Shown here: in pieces, positions 29,811 to 38,469 of the stretch
Layout: every line of letters starts with the position of its first letter
Numbering within the stretch: the stretch's first letter is position 1
From: a bacterium UBP4_UBA6127
GTDB taxonomy: Bacteria > UBP4 > UBA4092
NCBI GenBank assembly: GCA_002428325.1
Contig: DIVR01000021.1
Coordinates: 34,486-98,485, forward strand
DNA length: 64,000 nucleotides
Direction: 5' to 3'
The notes under the pieces: model-generated
What the model saw: the letters and a program-made list of their open reading frames with translations, nothing else
The model's database searches: none
What the model was told of the DNA's origin: nothing
Translations under genes and position numbers: made by a program

Positions 29811-30731
29811 ATGAAAACATTGATTCAGGAATTAGCCCGATGGGCCTATTGGTTTCCTTTCCGATGGCTGGTTGAAAGGCTCCCCATGGGACTGACTCGC
29901 CGATTGGCAGTTTTACTTGCCCGGCTCAGTCTTTTTATCCCTCAGGGGAAGTTTGCCAAACTCCATCAGGAATTGAAATCTTCCTTCCCCGAAAAATCCG
30001 ACCCTAAAATCCGGTCTCTGGTCCATAAAACCATTGAGAATTATTACCTAAATTCATCTGAGGTCTTTCTCTATCCTTACCTGAATCCTCGGAAAATGAA
30101 AGAATTGATTGAATACCAGGGGTTGGACAAAATACAGGCCGCCCTTCAAGAAGGTAAAGGGGTCATCTTGGCCCATGGTCATTTTGGCAATGAAGAACTT
30201 CTGATGCCGGGTATCGGGTATATGGGATTCAAAACCCATCAATTAGGCAGCCGATGGGAGCCGCCTGCCCATCAGGGATGGGGTGCTTCATTGATTAATA
30301 AAATCAGAAAAAGCGCCTGGCGGCGTCGAATTGGGTATCGGGAGACATTCCCGGTTACTTTCCATTATGTGGACCATTCCCCCAGGTCGGCTATCCGATG
30401 CTTGAAATCAGGAGAATGCCTGTTGCTGGCTGTGGATGGCAGAGAAGGCCATCAATGGCTGGAAATGGATTTTCTGGGCAGAATTGCAAAGTTCTCTCCG
30501 GGATTACCTAAAATTGCCCGATTATCGGAAGCTGTAGTGTTGCCTGTCTTTATCCAGAGAATCAGCCTGACCCGTCATCGGCTTATCGTCCATGACCCCA
30601 TCCCCACTCAAAACCGGGCTGATGAGGTGATTCTTAAAGATTTCCTGGTTATCCTGGAATCCTATATCCGGAAAAATCCTGAACAATATGCCAAAGTCTA
30701 TTACCTGGTCAGAGATTTCTTTGTCGAATAA
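29811..30731 (+). CDS. Lipid A biosynthesis acyltransferase, LpxL/HtrB (lysophospholipid acyltransferase) family
   Basis: Catalytic HX4(D/E) motif in KGVILAHGHFGNEELL (HFGNEE, compare HxGNWE in LpxL). 306 aa. Divergent from wzm. Confidence 0.7.
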   Translation: MKTLIQELARWAYWFPFRWLVERLPMGLTRRLAVLLARLSLFIPQGKFAKLHQELKSSFPEKSDPKIRSLVHKTIENYYLNSSEVFLYPYLNPRKMKELIEYQGLDKIQAALQEGKGVILAHGHFGNEELLMPGIGYMGFKTHQLGSRWEPPAHQGWGASLINKIRKSAWRRRIGYRETFPVTFHYVDHSPRSAIRCLKSGECLLLAVDGREGHQWLEMDFLGRIAKFSPGLPKIARLSEAVVLPVFIQRISLTRHRLIVHDPIPTQNRADEVILKDFLVILESYIRKNPEQYAKVYYLVRDFFVE

Positions 30732-30820
30732 CCCGGCCATCTAAACAAGCCCCTGCTTTTATCTTCTTATGGGCCTCATAGGTCCAATAATCCTCATGAG
30801 TCCTATAGGGCCCATTGATT

Positions 30821-31651
30821 TTATTCTTTCCAGTTAAAAACCAGTTGATTCCTCTTGGGAACTCGCTGATAAGGGTATTTAGGATACCCTAAGAGCATGG
30901 AGTATTGGGCTTTATACCCTTCCGGCAACCCCAGGCTTTCCCTTAATTCAGGAGATTCATTCAAACCAATTTGAACCATTCCTGCCCAACAGGTTCCAAT
31001 CCCATAAGAAGGGGCCAATAAATCAAAATATGACAAAGCGATTATGGAATCAACAAAGCTGATGGGGTAATCTTTTTTTCCATAAGCAATCATTAAATGC
31101 GGGGCATTTCGACAAATAGGGTCCAGTCCCTGATCCCAACTCCTGACTAAACTGGGAAAAGTAAAAGACAAGGGATGTTCCATCCCAGTTTTGACTGCAA
31201 ACCTCATCCATTCAATAGTCTTTTTAGCCAGGTCTCTGACTTTTTCCTTTTCATATATCCCCAGCCAATGGACCGACTGTCCATTTACCCCGGTCGGGGC
31301 ATAATGGACGACTTTGATGATTTCTTCCAAAATCCCTTTCGGTACTGGCTTATCCTGATATTCCCGAACCGACCGGCGCATCAAAATCTGACGGCTCATC
31401 TCCTCAGGACTTGGAAGTTTACCGTTTCCTTTGATATCAGGCACTTCTCCAGCCTCAGGGTAATCCAGTTGAACAGCTCCACCCGGGCAGACAGCCTCGC
31501 AATGGCCACAATGGATACAATAAGCCAGCCGTTCCTGATTAATAGCGGGTGTTTCTTCGTTTTCATTCAGTTCTAAAATACTATAAGGGCAAACCTCCAC
31601 ACAGGCGCCGCATTTATTACATAAAATCGAGTCAATAGTTAACTTTGTCAT
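30821..31651 (-). CDS. 4Fe-4S dicluster ferredoxin domain fused to a nitroreductase-family domain
   Basis: N-terminal CNKCGACVEVCP and CIHCGHCEAVCP (2 x [4Fe-4S]). The remaining about 200 aa are nitroreductase-like (...RRSVREYQDKPVPKG...). Confidence 0.65.
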   Translation of the reverse strand: MTKLTIDSILCNKCGACVEVCPYSILELNENEETPAINQERLAYCIHCGHCEAVCPGGAVQLDYPEAGEVPDIKGNGKLPSPEEMSRQILMRRSVREYQDKPVPKGILEEIIKVVHYAPTGVNGQSVHWLGIYEKEKVRDLAKKTIEWMRFAVKTGMEHPLSFTFPSLVRSWDQGLDPICRNAPHLMIAYGKKDYPISFVDSIIALSYFDLLAPSYGIGTCWAGMVQIGLNESPELRESLGLPEGYKAQYSMLLGYPKYPYQRVPKRNQLVFNWKE

Positions 31652-31766
31652 AGATATCTCCTACACCTAGGCAGTTCAGAAAATCATATCATGAGAAATG
31701 GATACTTCCCACTTTGAGAAGACTCTTTCATCTTCACACAGAGGGTTATCTTTCCCGCTTAATTAG

Positions 31767-31792
31767 AGTCTTTTGACAGCTGTCAAAAAACT
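31767..31792. repeat. Palindromic motif AGTCTTTTGACAGCTGTCAAAAAACT (copy 1 of 2)
   Basis: The 18-bp perfect palindrome TTTTGACAGCTGTCAAAA sits in the intergenic region upstream of the ferredoxin-nitroreductase gene. A second copy lies at 58406..58429. Confidence 0.6.
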
Positions 31793-31873
31793 GGATAGCT
31801 CATTTTAAAGAAGTTAGGTAAATCAGGCGGTCGTTCGACCGGGAAAATATGCAGGTAAAAAGAGGGTTAAAGA

Positions 31874-32590
31874 CTACTGAATGATGCCATTTTTAAGAGC
31901 AGGAATTCGGTCTGAGACGCTTAACTTTGAACAGTATTCCAAATCCCCTTCCATCCCCAGGGATGCCAGGTATCTGCCATGTTCACAAGCCTTTAACAGT
32001 CCCAGAATATCCTGTTTGTAATGGCCCCAGAGTATCAATCCGGATTGGGCACTGTCCGTTAACTCTAGATCTTTCCGAATTTCACAAAGCTTTTCAATCA
32101 TCCCACCGGCGCAGACTACATCTTCCAGACAAAACTGGTTCAATTTCCCGGCAGCAAAAAGGTGAATATCCGTCTGGACATCTGCCAGCCTGGCGACAAT
32201 AGCATCCATATTTCGATAACAGCCAATCAGAATGTCTTGGGCAACCGAGGCATAGACAATGGCCCGAGTCCCATTGGTTGAACAAATCATGATATTCATT
32301 CCCCCAACCAACTCAGATACATATTCCAAAGGGGAGTTCCCCAAATCAAAACCCTCTATTTTTATCCCCCCCCGTTCTCCGGATATCAAGACCGGTTCAG
32401 GGGCATATTGGGCCTTAAGTTTCATGGCCTGCTCGGGTTCGGATACGGGAACAATCCGTTTAGCCCCATTGGTTAAAGCTTCTAATATAGTAGTACTGGC
32501 ACGCAAGGCATCAATCACAACAACCGTTGCGTTTTTTAGGGAATCCCGTAATTCGGGCTGAGGAAAGGGAACTACATTAATTACTGGCAT
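31874..32590 (-). CDS. 2-phosphosulfolactate phosphatase (ComB) family protein
   Basis: N-terminal VVVIDALRASTTI resembles the ComB family motif. About 238 aa, typical of the family. Confidence 0.65.
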   Translation of the reverse strand: MPVINVVPFPQPELRDSLKNATVVVIDALRASTTILEALTNGAKRIVPVSEPEQAMKLKAQYAPEPVLISGERGGIKIEGFDLGNSPLEYVSELVGGMNIMICSTNGTRAIVYASVAQDILIGCYRNMDAIVARLADVQTDIHLFAAGKLNQFCLEDVVCAGGMIEKLCEIRKDLELTDSAQSGLILWGHYKQDILGLLKACEHGRYLASLGMEGDLEYCSKLSVSDRIPALKNGIIQ

Positions 32591-32663
32591 ACCTAGAAAG
32601 CTTAACTGATTTGGGGGCTTTCGGTCAATGGGGGGGACATAAAGGTTAGCAGGGAATTATGTT

Positions 32664-33935
32664 TCATTCTTTGTTCAAAATAGTTAATTGCTTAGCCGGG
32701 ATATCATATTTACAGGTATCTATTTTCCCCATTTTATTACACCTAAAGTAAATCATCTTTGAATCAGCAGAAAATCCCATAAACGTGGCATATTCCTTTT
32801 TCACTGAATCATGGGAAGCAAGGTAAACAGCATCGGCTTTTCTTGTTTGAAGATGAAGCAGATAGATATTATTACCAATATTGCCTGCCAATAATTTTCC
32901 ATTATTCGATATCTTCCAATTTTCCATTGTCAGCTCATATTCACCCGCAAAAGGGTCAACAAAACCCCAGCGAATCACCTTTTTTTGCTTCAGGCTCCCC
33001 GGAATCCACTTTTCCAGAGAATAATTTCTCTTGTTATTCTTACCCGTTTCAGCTGACAGAATATAACCAATGCCCTTAGACAGAAAAAAAGTTTTCTCGG
33101 AAGATTCCAACTCTGCTCCTGTTGAAGATAACCAATTTCTGCGAAGGGTATCTTCTGTTGTTTCACCAGTGAGGAGGTTGACTCGGAATAAAGATTTTAA
33201 AATGTAAAATGATTCCTTCCCGTTGAATAAATAGGGATTATAAGGCTGCATAGGATCCAGGGCATAACTCACGGGAGGGTTGGCATTGATTATTTCTTCC
33301 GGGATGGCATCAATGGATACTGTTGTAAAATAAACATTATTAGGTTCTAATGGGTCCAGACAGTAATGAAATATATAATCCTTTATATCTTTTGTCAGTA
33401 TCTTATTTTCCCCCGTCTTGGTATCAAGGAGATACAGGGTATCCCGGTGAGTTGAATTGAAATGATTATAGATTCTGATAAATTCGGGATCAGATGATAT
33501 TAATGAATGCCATTTATCAGGCAGTTTTCCATCCTTGGGGAGCATTGAACGAAGGATAATATGCCGAGAATCAAAACACCAGTCAGCCTCAAAGGGTGCT
33601 TCCGATTCCCACACTGTTTGTAACTCGTTTGCCTGTATATCAAAGACTTTAAGAACGAATTTCTTATATTGTCTTTCCCCATAAATCCCCGGGACCCCGG
33701 TTGTTCCATCGGTATATACGATAAATATTTTTTGATGATTGGGTGATAATTCTTCATCCCCAAACCATATGGGGAGCACCCATCCCTTATCGGGCTTTAT
33801 TACATGAACAGCTCCTTTATCATCAATGATATTAACTTCATCTTTTTCATTGATGACGAATGTATTCCCAATGGTTAACTGGTATAACAGTAGGATACAG
33901 ATAAATTGAATTTGAATTTTAAACAATTTCCCCAT
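32664..33935 (-). CDS. Secreted hypothetical protein
   Basis: Hydrophobic N-terminal signal (MGKLFKIQIQFICILLLYQLTIGNTFV). 423 aa. No recognisable catalytic motif. Beta-rich, so possibly a propeller. Confidence 0.45.
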   Translation of the reverse strand: MGKLFKIQIQFICILLLYQLTIGNTFVINEKDEVNIIDDKGAVHVIKPDKGWVLPIWFGDEELSPNHQKIFIVYTDGTTGVPGIYGERQYKKFVLKVFDIQANELQTVWESEAPFEADWCFDSRHIILRSMLPKDGKLPDKWHSLISSDPEFIRIYNHFNSTHRDTLYLLDTKTGENKILTKDIKDYIFHYCLDPLEPNNVYFTTVSIDAIPEEIINANPPVSYALDPMQPYNPYLFNGKESFYILKSLFRVNLLTGETTEDTLRRNWLSSTGAELESSEKTFFLSKGIGYILSAETGKNNKRNYSLEKWIPGSLKQKKVIRWGFVDPFAGEYELTMENWKISNNGKLLAGNIGNNIYLLHLQTRKADAVYLASHDSVKKEYATFMGFSADSKMIYFRCNKMGKIDTCKYDIPAKQLTILNKE

Positions 33936-34072
33936 ATTGCTTCCCTCCCTGTCTTTTTACTGCACTTGGCCATCACCGAGGAATACAATGGGTAATTCGA
34001 ATAATTCATAAAAATATCAGGCTCATCAAAATGTCTTTTTTACTTCTATTTACTCCATTCTTTTAGGGCTCT

Positions 34073-34603
34073 TTATTCAATCTTCTTAACCTGGATATTA
34101 TAAATTGCGGTAAACCCCACCATCATCCAACCCAAAAAAACAAAGAACATTGTCATCGAAGAATAGTAAAGGATATCCTTCAGATGGAAATAATCTATTT
34201 TTTCCTGGAGAGATAAATACATATTAGCGAAGGATAGGATAGGCTTCACCATAAAACCTATTCCTAAAAAGATAAAATACATGATGATAAATGATACGCC
34301 ATAATTTAGTCGAGAAGGAACCGGTATGTCTTTAACCGCTGGATATACTGATAAAAGTTCCTTTGCTTCCCGGTACATCCTTTTTGATGTTGCCGCTGTC
34401 ACAGTTGTTCCGATAGCTAAAGCTATCAATGATGGCAATAACTCTATGAAAGTACTGTATAGGTATAATATTAGCCCGTACTCTAATAAGAATAAAATGA
34501 GGATGAAGAATTTTAAGATATAGCCATCAAGAATATCTTTCCTGTCTATAATCTGATGCTTATAGGCCATCGGTTCAAATAATATTTGAGCAAGCTTTTT
34601 CAT
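34073..34603 (-). CDS. Hypothetical membrane protein
   Basis: 176 aa with 4-5 hydrophobic helices. No motif recognised. Confidence 0.4.
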   Translation of the reverse strand: MKKLAQILFEPMAYKHQIIDRKDILDGYILKFFILILFLLEYGLILYLYSTFIELLPSLIALAIGTTVTAATSKRMYREAKELLSVYPAVKDIPVPSRLNYGVSFIIMYFIFLGIGFMVKPILSFANMYLSLQEKIDYFHLKDILYYSSMTMFFVFLGWMMVGFTAIYNIQVKKIE

Positions 34604-34804
34604 TTTATTTTCCCTCAGTTTCCCTATCCCCTTTGTTACCTTCCCTTATCAAGATAAAATAACACTTTATATCTGTCAATCTTTTTCAACCTTGGCAAGC
34701 CCCTGGGCCGGAAAAACCTTCCCTGGAAAACCAATTTCTCTATAAAGAACTCATTTCTGAGGAGTTATCTTCATTTTTCGTCCCAAGAGCCATCGGAGTG
34801 AGAC

Positions 34805-34872
34805 CCAGGCTGTAGCCATCAGGTTGGGTCCCGCTTCGTTGTAAAAGGAGACTGAAATAGGATAAAGGGAGT
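34805..34872. repeat. Conserved intergenic element, copy A (GAGACCCAGGCTG-N8-CAGGyTGGGTCCC followed by a GA-rich tail)
   Basis: About 65 nt, highly similar to 45191..45258. Contains an imperfect inverted repeat CCCAGGCTG / CAGGTTGGG. Confidence 0.5.
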
Positions 34873-34981
34873 GGAAACGGAGGGGACTGGCAGAAAATCC
34901 CCCATATCCTGGGCAAAAAGAGTTCACAGAAAAGAGTGATTCTGAGAAAATGGGATAAACAAATCAGGATGGAACCCTTGG

Positions 34982-35365
34982 ATGGAACGCAAAGAATTCG
35001 ACAAACTGGTTGAAGAAGCCCTGGCTCGGCTCCCCCAGGATTTCAGGGAAAAGATGATAAATGTGGCGGTCTATGTGGAAGATTATCCCACCGGAGACAT
35101 GCTGAGGAAATATGGGCGGCAGGGTCTCCTGGGGGTCTTCATCGGAGTTCCGATAACCGTCCAAAACTGGGAGGGCGGATATCATCCCCACCGAATCATC
35201 CTGTACCAGAAAAATATTGAATCTTTCAGCCGGAATGATGAGGAAATCAGGGAGCAAATCCTGACCACTGTCATCCATGAGGTCGGCCATTATTTCGGGA
35301 TTGGCGAAAAACGGATTCGAGAACTTCAGGGACTTCCCCCTGAACCGGGAGGAGGCTCGGATTAG
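34982..35365 (+). CDS. Metallopeptidase family protein (COG3824/DUF1025, MMP-like minimal Zn protease)
   Basis: 127 aa. FDKLVEEALARLPQDFREKMINVAVYVEDYP and the HExxH site TVIHEVGHYFG match this small family closely. Confidence 0.75.
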   Translation: MERKEFDKLVEEALARLPQDFREKMINVAVYVEDYPTGDMLRKYGRQGLLGVFIGVPITVQNWEGGYHPHRIILYQKNIESFSRNDEEIREQILTTVIHEVGHYFGIGEKRIRELQGLPPEPGGGSD

Positions 35366-35446
35366 ATTTCCCCATTGCGTCAGCCGTCCCTCTCCCCCTA
35401 AAATGAATAACACTTAGGATAAAAACTCAAGATTGATAATAAACCC

Positions 35447-36652
35447 ATGCGATTTATTCTTTATTACCCTCGAAACAGGCTTCATTCGATAAATGTCCTG
35501 GCAGGGGCCCTGGAAACAGAGCCTCGGCTCGGAGATATGGATATCCGGTTTTGCCGAGGTGAAGAGACTTTTCATGCTGAGATGGAGTCTTCAGCCAAAG
35601 AAAATATCCCCTCGGTCATTGGATGTTCCTTATTTTCAGTTGAATTTGCCAAGTATTCCCGGTTGATAAATGGGTGCAAACAGAAATATCCAGCCCCCCC
35701 CTTTCTCTATATTGCCGGAGGGCCCCATGCCACCGCCGAACCGGAAGACACTCTTCGGGGAGGATTTGACCTGGCCTTCATCGGGGAAGCTGAGAAAACC
35801 CTGGTGGATTTTTTCCTCTGCCTTCGGGAAAACAGAGACTATCGGTTTTTGAAAGGTTTGGCATGGATGGAGGGAAATCAGTTTCATCATTCAGGCAGGC
35901 CCGACCCGGTGAACCTGGACCATTACCCTTTCTACTGCACCCGATACCGGAAGCTTAACCCTATCGAGATTACCCGGGGCTGTATCTATGCCTGTAAATA
36001 CTGCCAGAGCGCCTATCTGCATAAAGCCAATTTCAGGCATCGTTCGGTGGAGAATATCTGTGAACTGCTGAAAACCATGAAGACCAAAGGACGGGTGGAT
36101 GTCCGATTCAGCACTCCCAGCGCCTTGTCTTATGGTTCCAGCAACACTCAGGTCCATCTGGAGAGGGTTGAACAACTGCTGAGTTCCATCCGGGAAGTGG
36201 TCCAGGAAAAAGGCCGAATCTATTTTGGCACTTTTCCTTCGGAAATCAGGCCTGAACATATCACTTTTGAATCCCTGCGGCTCATCAAAAAATACTGCAA
36301 TAACGATAACCTTATCATCGGCGCCCAGTCCGGCAGCCAGAAAATCCTGGACCTTTGCCATCGGGGGCATACGGTGGAAGATGTCCGAAGGGCTGTCAGG
36401 CTTTCCCGGGAAGCCGGTTTCGGGGTGAATGTGGATATCATCTTCGGACTCCCGGGGGAGACTGACCAGGATGCCCGGCTTACCCTCAAATTGATGGAGG
36501 AGTTGATCTCCTGGGGAGCCTGGATTCACAGCCATTATTTCATGCCGCTGCCGGGAACTCCTTACCAGAATGCCTCTTCTGCCGAGTTGTCCGATGAGAC
36601 CCTACAACTGATTCGGAAAGCCGAACATACCGGGAAATTTTACGGCCATTGA
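35447..36652 (+). CDS. B12-binding domain-containing radical SAM protein (third copy, shorter)
   Basis: Rossmann-like N-terminal half, then radical SAM motif RGCIYACKYCQSAY (CxxxCxxC). 401 aa. Confidence 0.65.
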   Translation: MRFILYYPRNRLHSINVLAGALETEPRLGDMDIRFCRGEETFHAEMESSAKENIPSVIGCSLFSVEFAKYSRLINGCKQKYPAPPFLYIAGGPHATAEPEDTLRGGFDLAFIGEAEKTLVDFFLCLRENRDYRFLKGLAWMEGNQFHHSGRPDPVNLDHYPFYCTRYRKLNPIEITRGCIYACKYCQSAYLHKANFRHRSVENICELLKTMKTKGRVDVRFSTPSALSYGSSNTQVHLERVEQLLSSIREVVQEKGRIYFGTFPSEIRPEHITFESLRLIKKYCNNDNLIIGAQSGSQKILDLCHRGHTVEDVRRAVRLSREAGFGVNVDIIFGLPGETDQDARLTLKLMEELISWGAWIHSHYFMPLPGTPYQNASSAELSDETLQLIRKAEHTGKFYGH

Positions 36653-36809
36653 AAAAAACAGGTTCAGCTCTCAGAACACCTGGAATTCAAGCAGAAATCT
36701 AAAGCCTCTTCAGGATAAATCCCCGCGCCTGATATTCCCTTGATTTGATAAAATCTCTTCACTGAACGTAGAATAGGATAAAACAGCAGCAGAAGGAGAT
36801 TTTGACTCC

Positions 36810-37553
36810 ATGGCAGATAACCTAAAAAACCTTTTACAGGATAAACTGAGCCAAAACCGTTCCAGCCTGATACTGGCGGCGGGAATCATTATGGCATCCC
36901 TGATTTTCGGCTTGTTCTTTTATGCTACCCGAACCACCCAGGGAACCCTCCGGGTTATTGGTTCGGCCACCCAATCCTATACCTCTGATGTCATTAAGTG
37001 GCGGATGAGCATCGGGAAAGTTGTCTCCCAGGATAATGCTAAAGCCGGATATGTCCAACTGGATAAAGATTTGGATACCTTGAAAGAATTTCTGAAAGCA
37101 GGCGGGGTCAAGGATTCTGAAATCAGCACCCAACCCATCACCTCTTACCCAACCTACAATAATCAAGGACAGCAGACTGGCTATAACCTACAACAGAATA
37201 TCTTTATTATTTCCAAGGATGTCGAGAAAATTGAGAAGATGGCCCTTAGCCCTAAAGCTCTCTATGAAAAAGGGATTGTGCTGCAAAATGCCAATATCAG
37301 TTATTTCTTTTCCAACCTCCCCTCCATCAAAAAAGACCTGCTGGCAAAGGCCACTCAGGATGCTTTGGGAAGAGCCGGTGAAATAGCTAAAAATGCCCAT
37401 GTCACTCTGGGAAAAATGGAATCGGCCAGAACAGGAGTCTTTACTATCACCGAACCTTATTCCAGCGAAGAAAATACCTATGGGGGATATAATACAGCAA
37501 CCCGGACCAAAGATGTGACCATTACGATGTACGTGAATTTTTACTTACAATAA
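36810..37553 (+). CDS. SIMPL domain protein (DUF541, BP26/YggE-like periplasmic protein)
   Basis: N-terminal TM anchor, then LRVIGSATQSYTSDVIKWRMSIGKVV...LDKDLDTLKEFLKAGGVKDSEISTQPITSYPTY, which follows the SIMPL family pattern. 247 aa. Confidence 0.55.
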   Translation: MADNLKNLLQDKLSQNRSSLILAAGIIMASLIFGLFFYATRTTQGTLRVIGSATQSYTSDVIKWRMSIGKVVSQDNAKAGYVQLDKDLDTLKEFLKAGGVKDSEISTQPITSYPTYNNQGQQTGYNLQQNIFIISKDVEKIEKMALSPKALYEKGIVLQNANISYFFSNLPSIKKDLLAKATQDALGRAGEIAKNAHVTLGKMESARTGVFTITEPYSSEENTYGGYNTATRTKDVTITMYVNFYLQ

Positions 37554-37563
37554 ACTGCAGGAA

Positions 37564-38466
37564 TCAACCCTCTTCACTCAATGATTCTAAGGCTAGAATC
37601 AAGGCTTGGGTGCCTGATTTTCCATGGCCCATCTCCTGCAGGCGAAGATAGAGTTGCTGAACCTTTTCCAGTCCGGGAAGCTGGATACCCATTCGGGCGG
37701 CTTCTTCCAGGGCAATCCCCATATCCTTCACAAAATGTTCCACATAAAATCCGGGAGTATAATCACCCTTCAAAATGCGGGGTGCCAGATTCTCCAGAGT
37801 CCAGCATCCGGCCGCTCCCTGGCGAATGGCTCCCAGCAAAGTCTCCGGGTTTAACCCTGACTTTTTAGCATAAAGCAGGCTTTCACAGACCCCAATCATG
37901 GTTCCGGCAATCACAATCTGATTGCACATTTTGGCATGCTGTCCCGAACCAGGACCTCCCTGGTAAACAATGTTTTTTCCTAGAAGCTGAAACAGGGGGA
38001 GGAGACTGTCCACAATATCCTTCTCACCACCGGCCATGATAGAAAGGGTGGCATTTCTGGCGCCGATATCCCCTCCTGATACGGGAGCATCCACGGCATG
38101 AGCCCCTTTATTGAGGGCGGACTCGGCAATACGAATGGAAAGGCTGGGCTGGGTGGTCGTCATATCCACCAGAATAGAATTGCGTTTCAGCGAACTAAAT
38201 ATCCCCTTCTTCCCGAAATAAACTTCTTCCACATCCTGAGGATAACCCACCATGGTAAAGATGATTTCTGATTGGGATGCCAATTCGGCAGGGGTATCTA
38301 CCCATCGGGCACCCTGCTCCAATAAGGACGAAGCTTTGGAGGCCGTACGAGTATATACGACCAGTGGATAACCGGCCTTCAATAAATGACTTGCCATGGA
38401 AAAGCCCATCACTCCTGTACCTATCCAGCCAAGAGTTTTCCCGGATAATCCACCCGATGAATTCAT
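37564..38466 (-). CDS. NAD(P)-dependent oxidoreductase, 3-hydroxyisobutyrate / tartronate semialdehyde reductase (HIBADH) family
   Basis: N-terminal dinucleotide motif LGWIGTGVMGFSMASHLLKAGY. HIBADH-type catalytic region ...GGPGSGQHAKMCNQ... 300 aa. Confidence 0.8.
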   Translation of the reverse strand: MNSSGGLSGKTLGWIGTGVMGFSMASHLLKAGYPLVVYTRTASKASSLLEQGARWVDTPAELASQSEIIFTMVGYPQDVEEVYFGKKGIFSSLKRNSILVDMTTTQPSLSIRIAESALNKGAHAVDAPVSGGDIGARNATLSIMAGGEKDIVDSLLPLFQLLGKNIVYQGGPGSGQHAKMCNQIVIAGTMIGVCESLLYAKKSGLNPETLLGAIRQGAAGCWTLENLAPRILKGDYTPGFYVEHFVKDMGIALEEAARMGIQLPGLEKVQQLYLRLQEMGHGKSGTQALILALESLSEEG

Positions 38467-38469
38467 GCT

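Noticed and set aside
35891-36535. 214-aa ORF on the minus strand, entirely inside the radical SAM gene 35447-36652
   Set aside because: It is fully antisense-embedded in a well-supported gene. Its composition is Pro/Gly/Arg-rich in the way mirror frames of GC-richer genes typically are, and it has no motif. Treated as a spurious shadow ORF. The same reasoning applies to 36220-36489, 36834-37166, 18454-18891, 9846-10247, 59356-59880, 60745-61254, 61967-62536, 62819-63229 and the other nested ORFs in the track.
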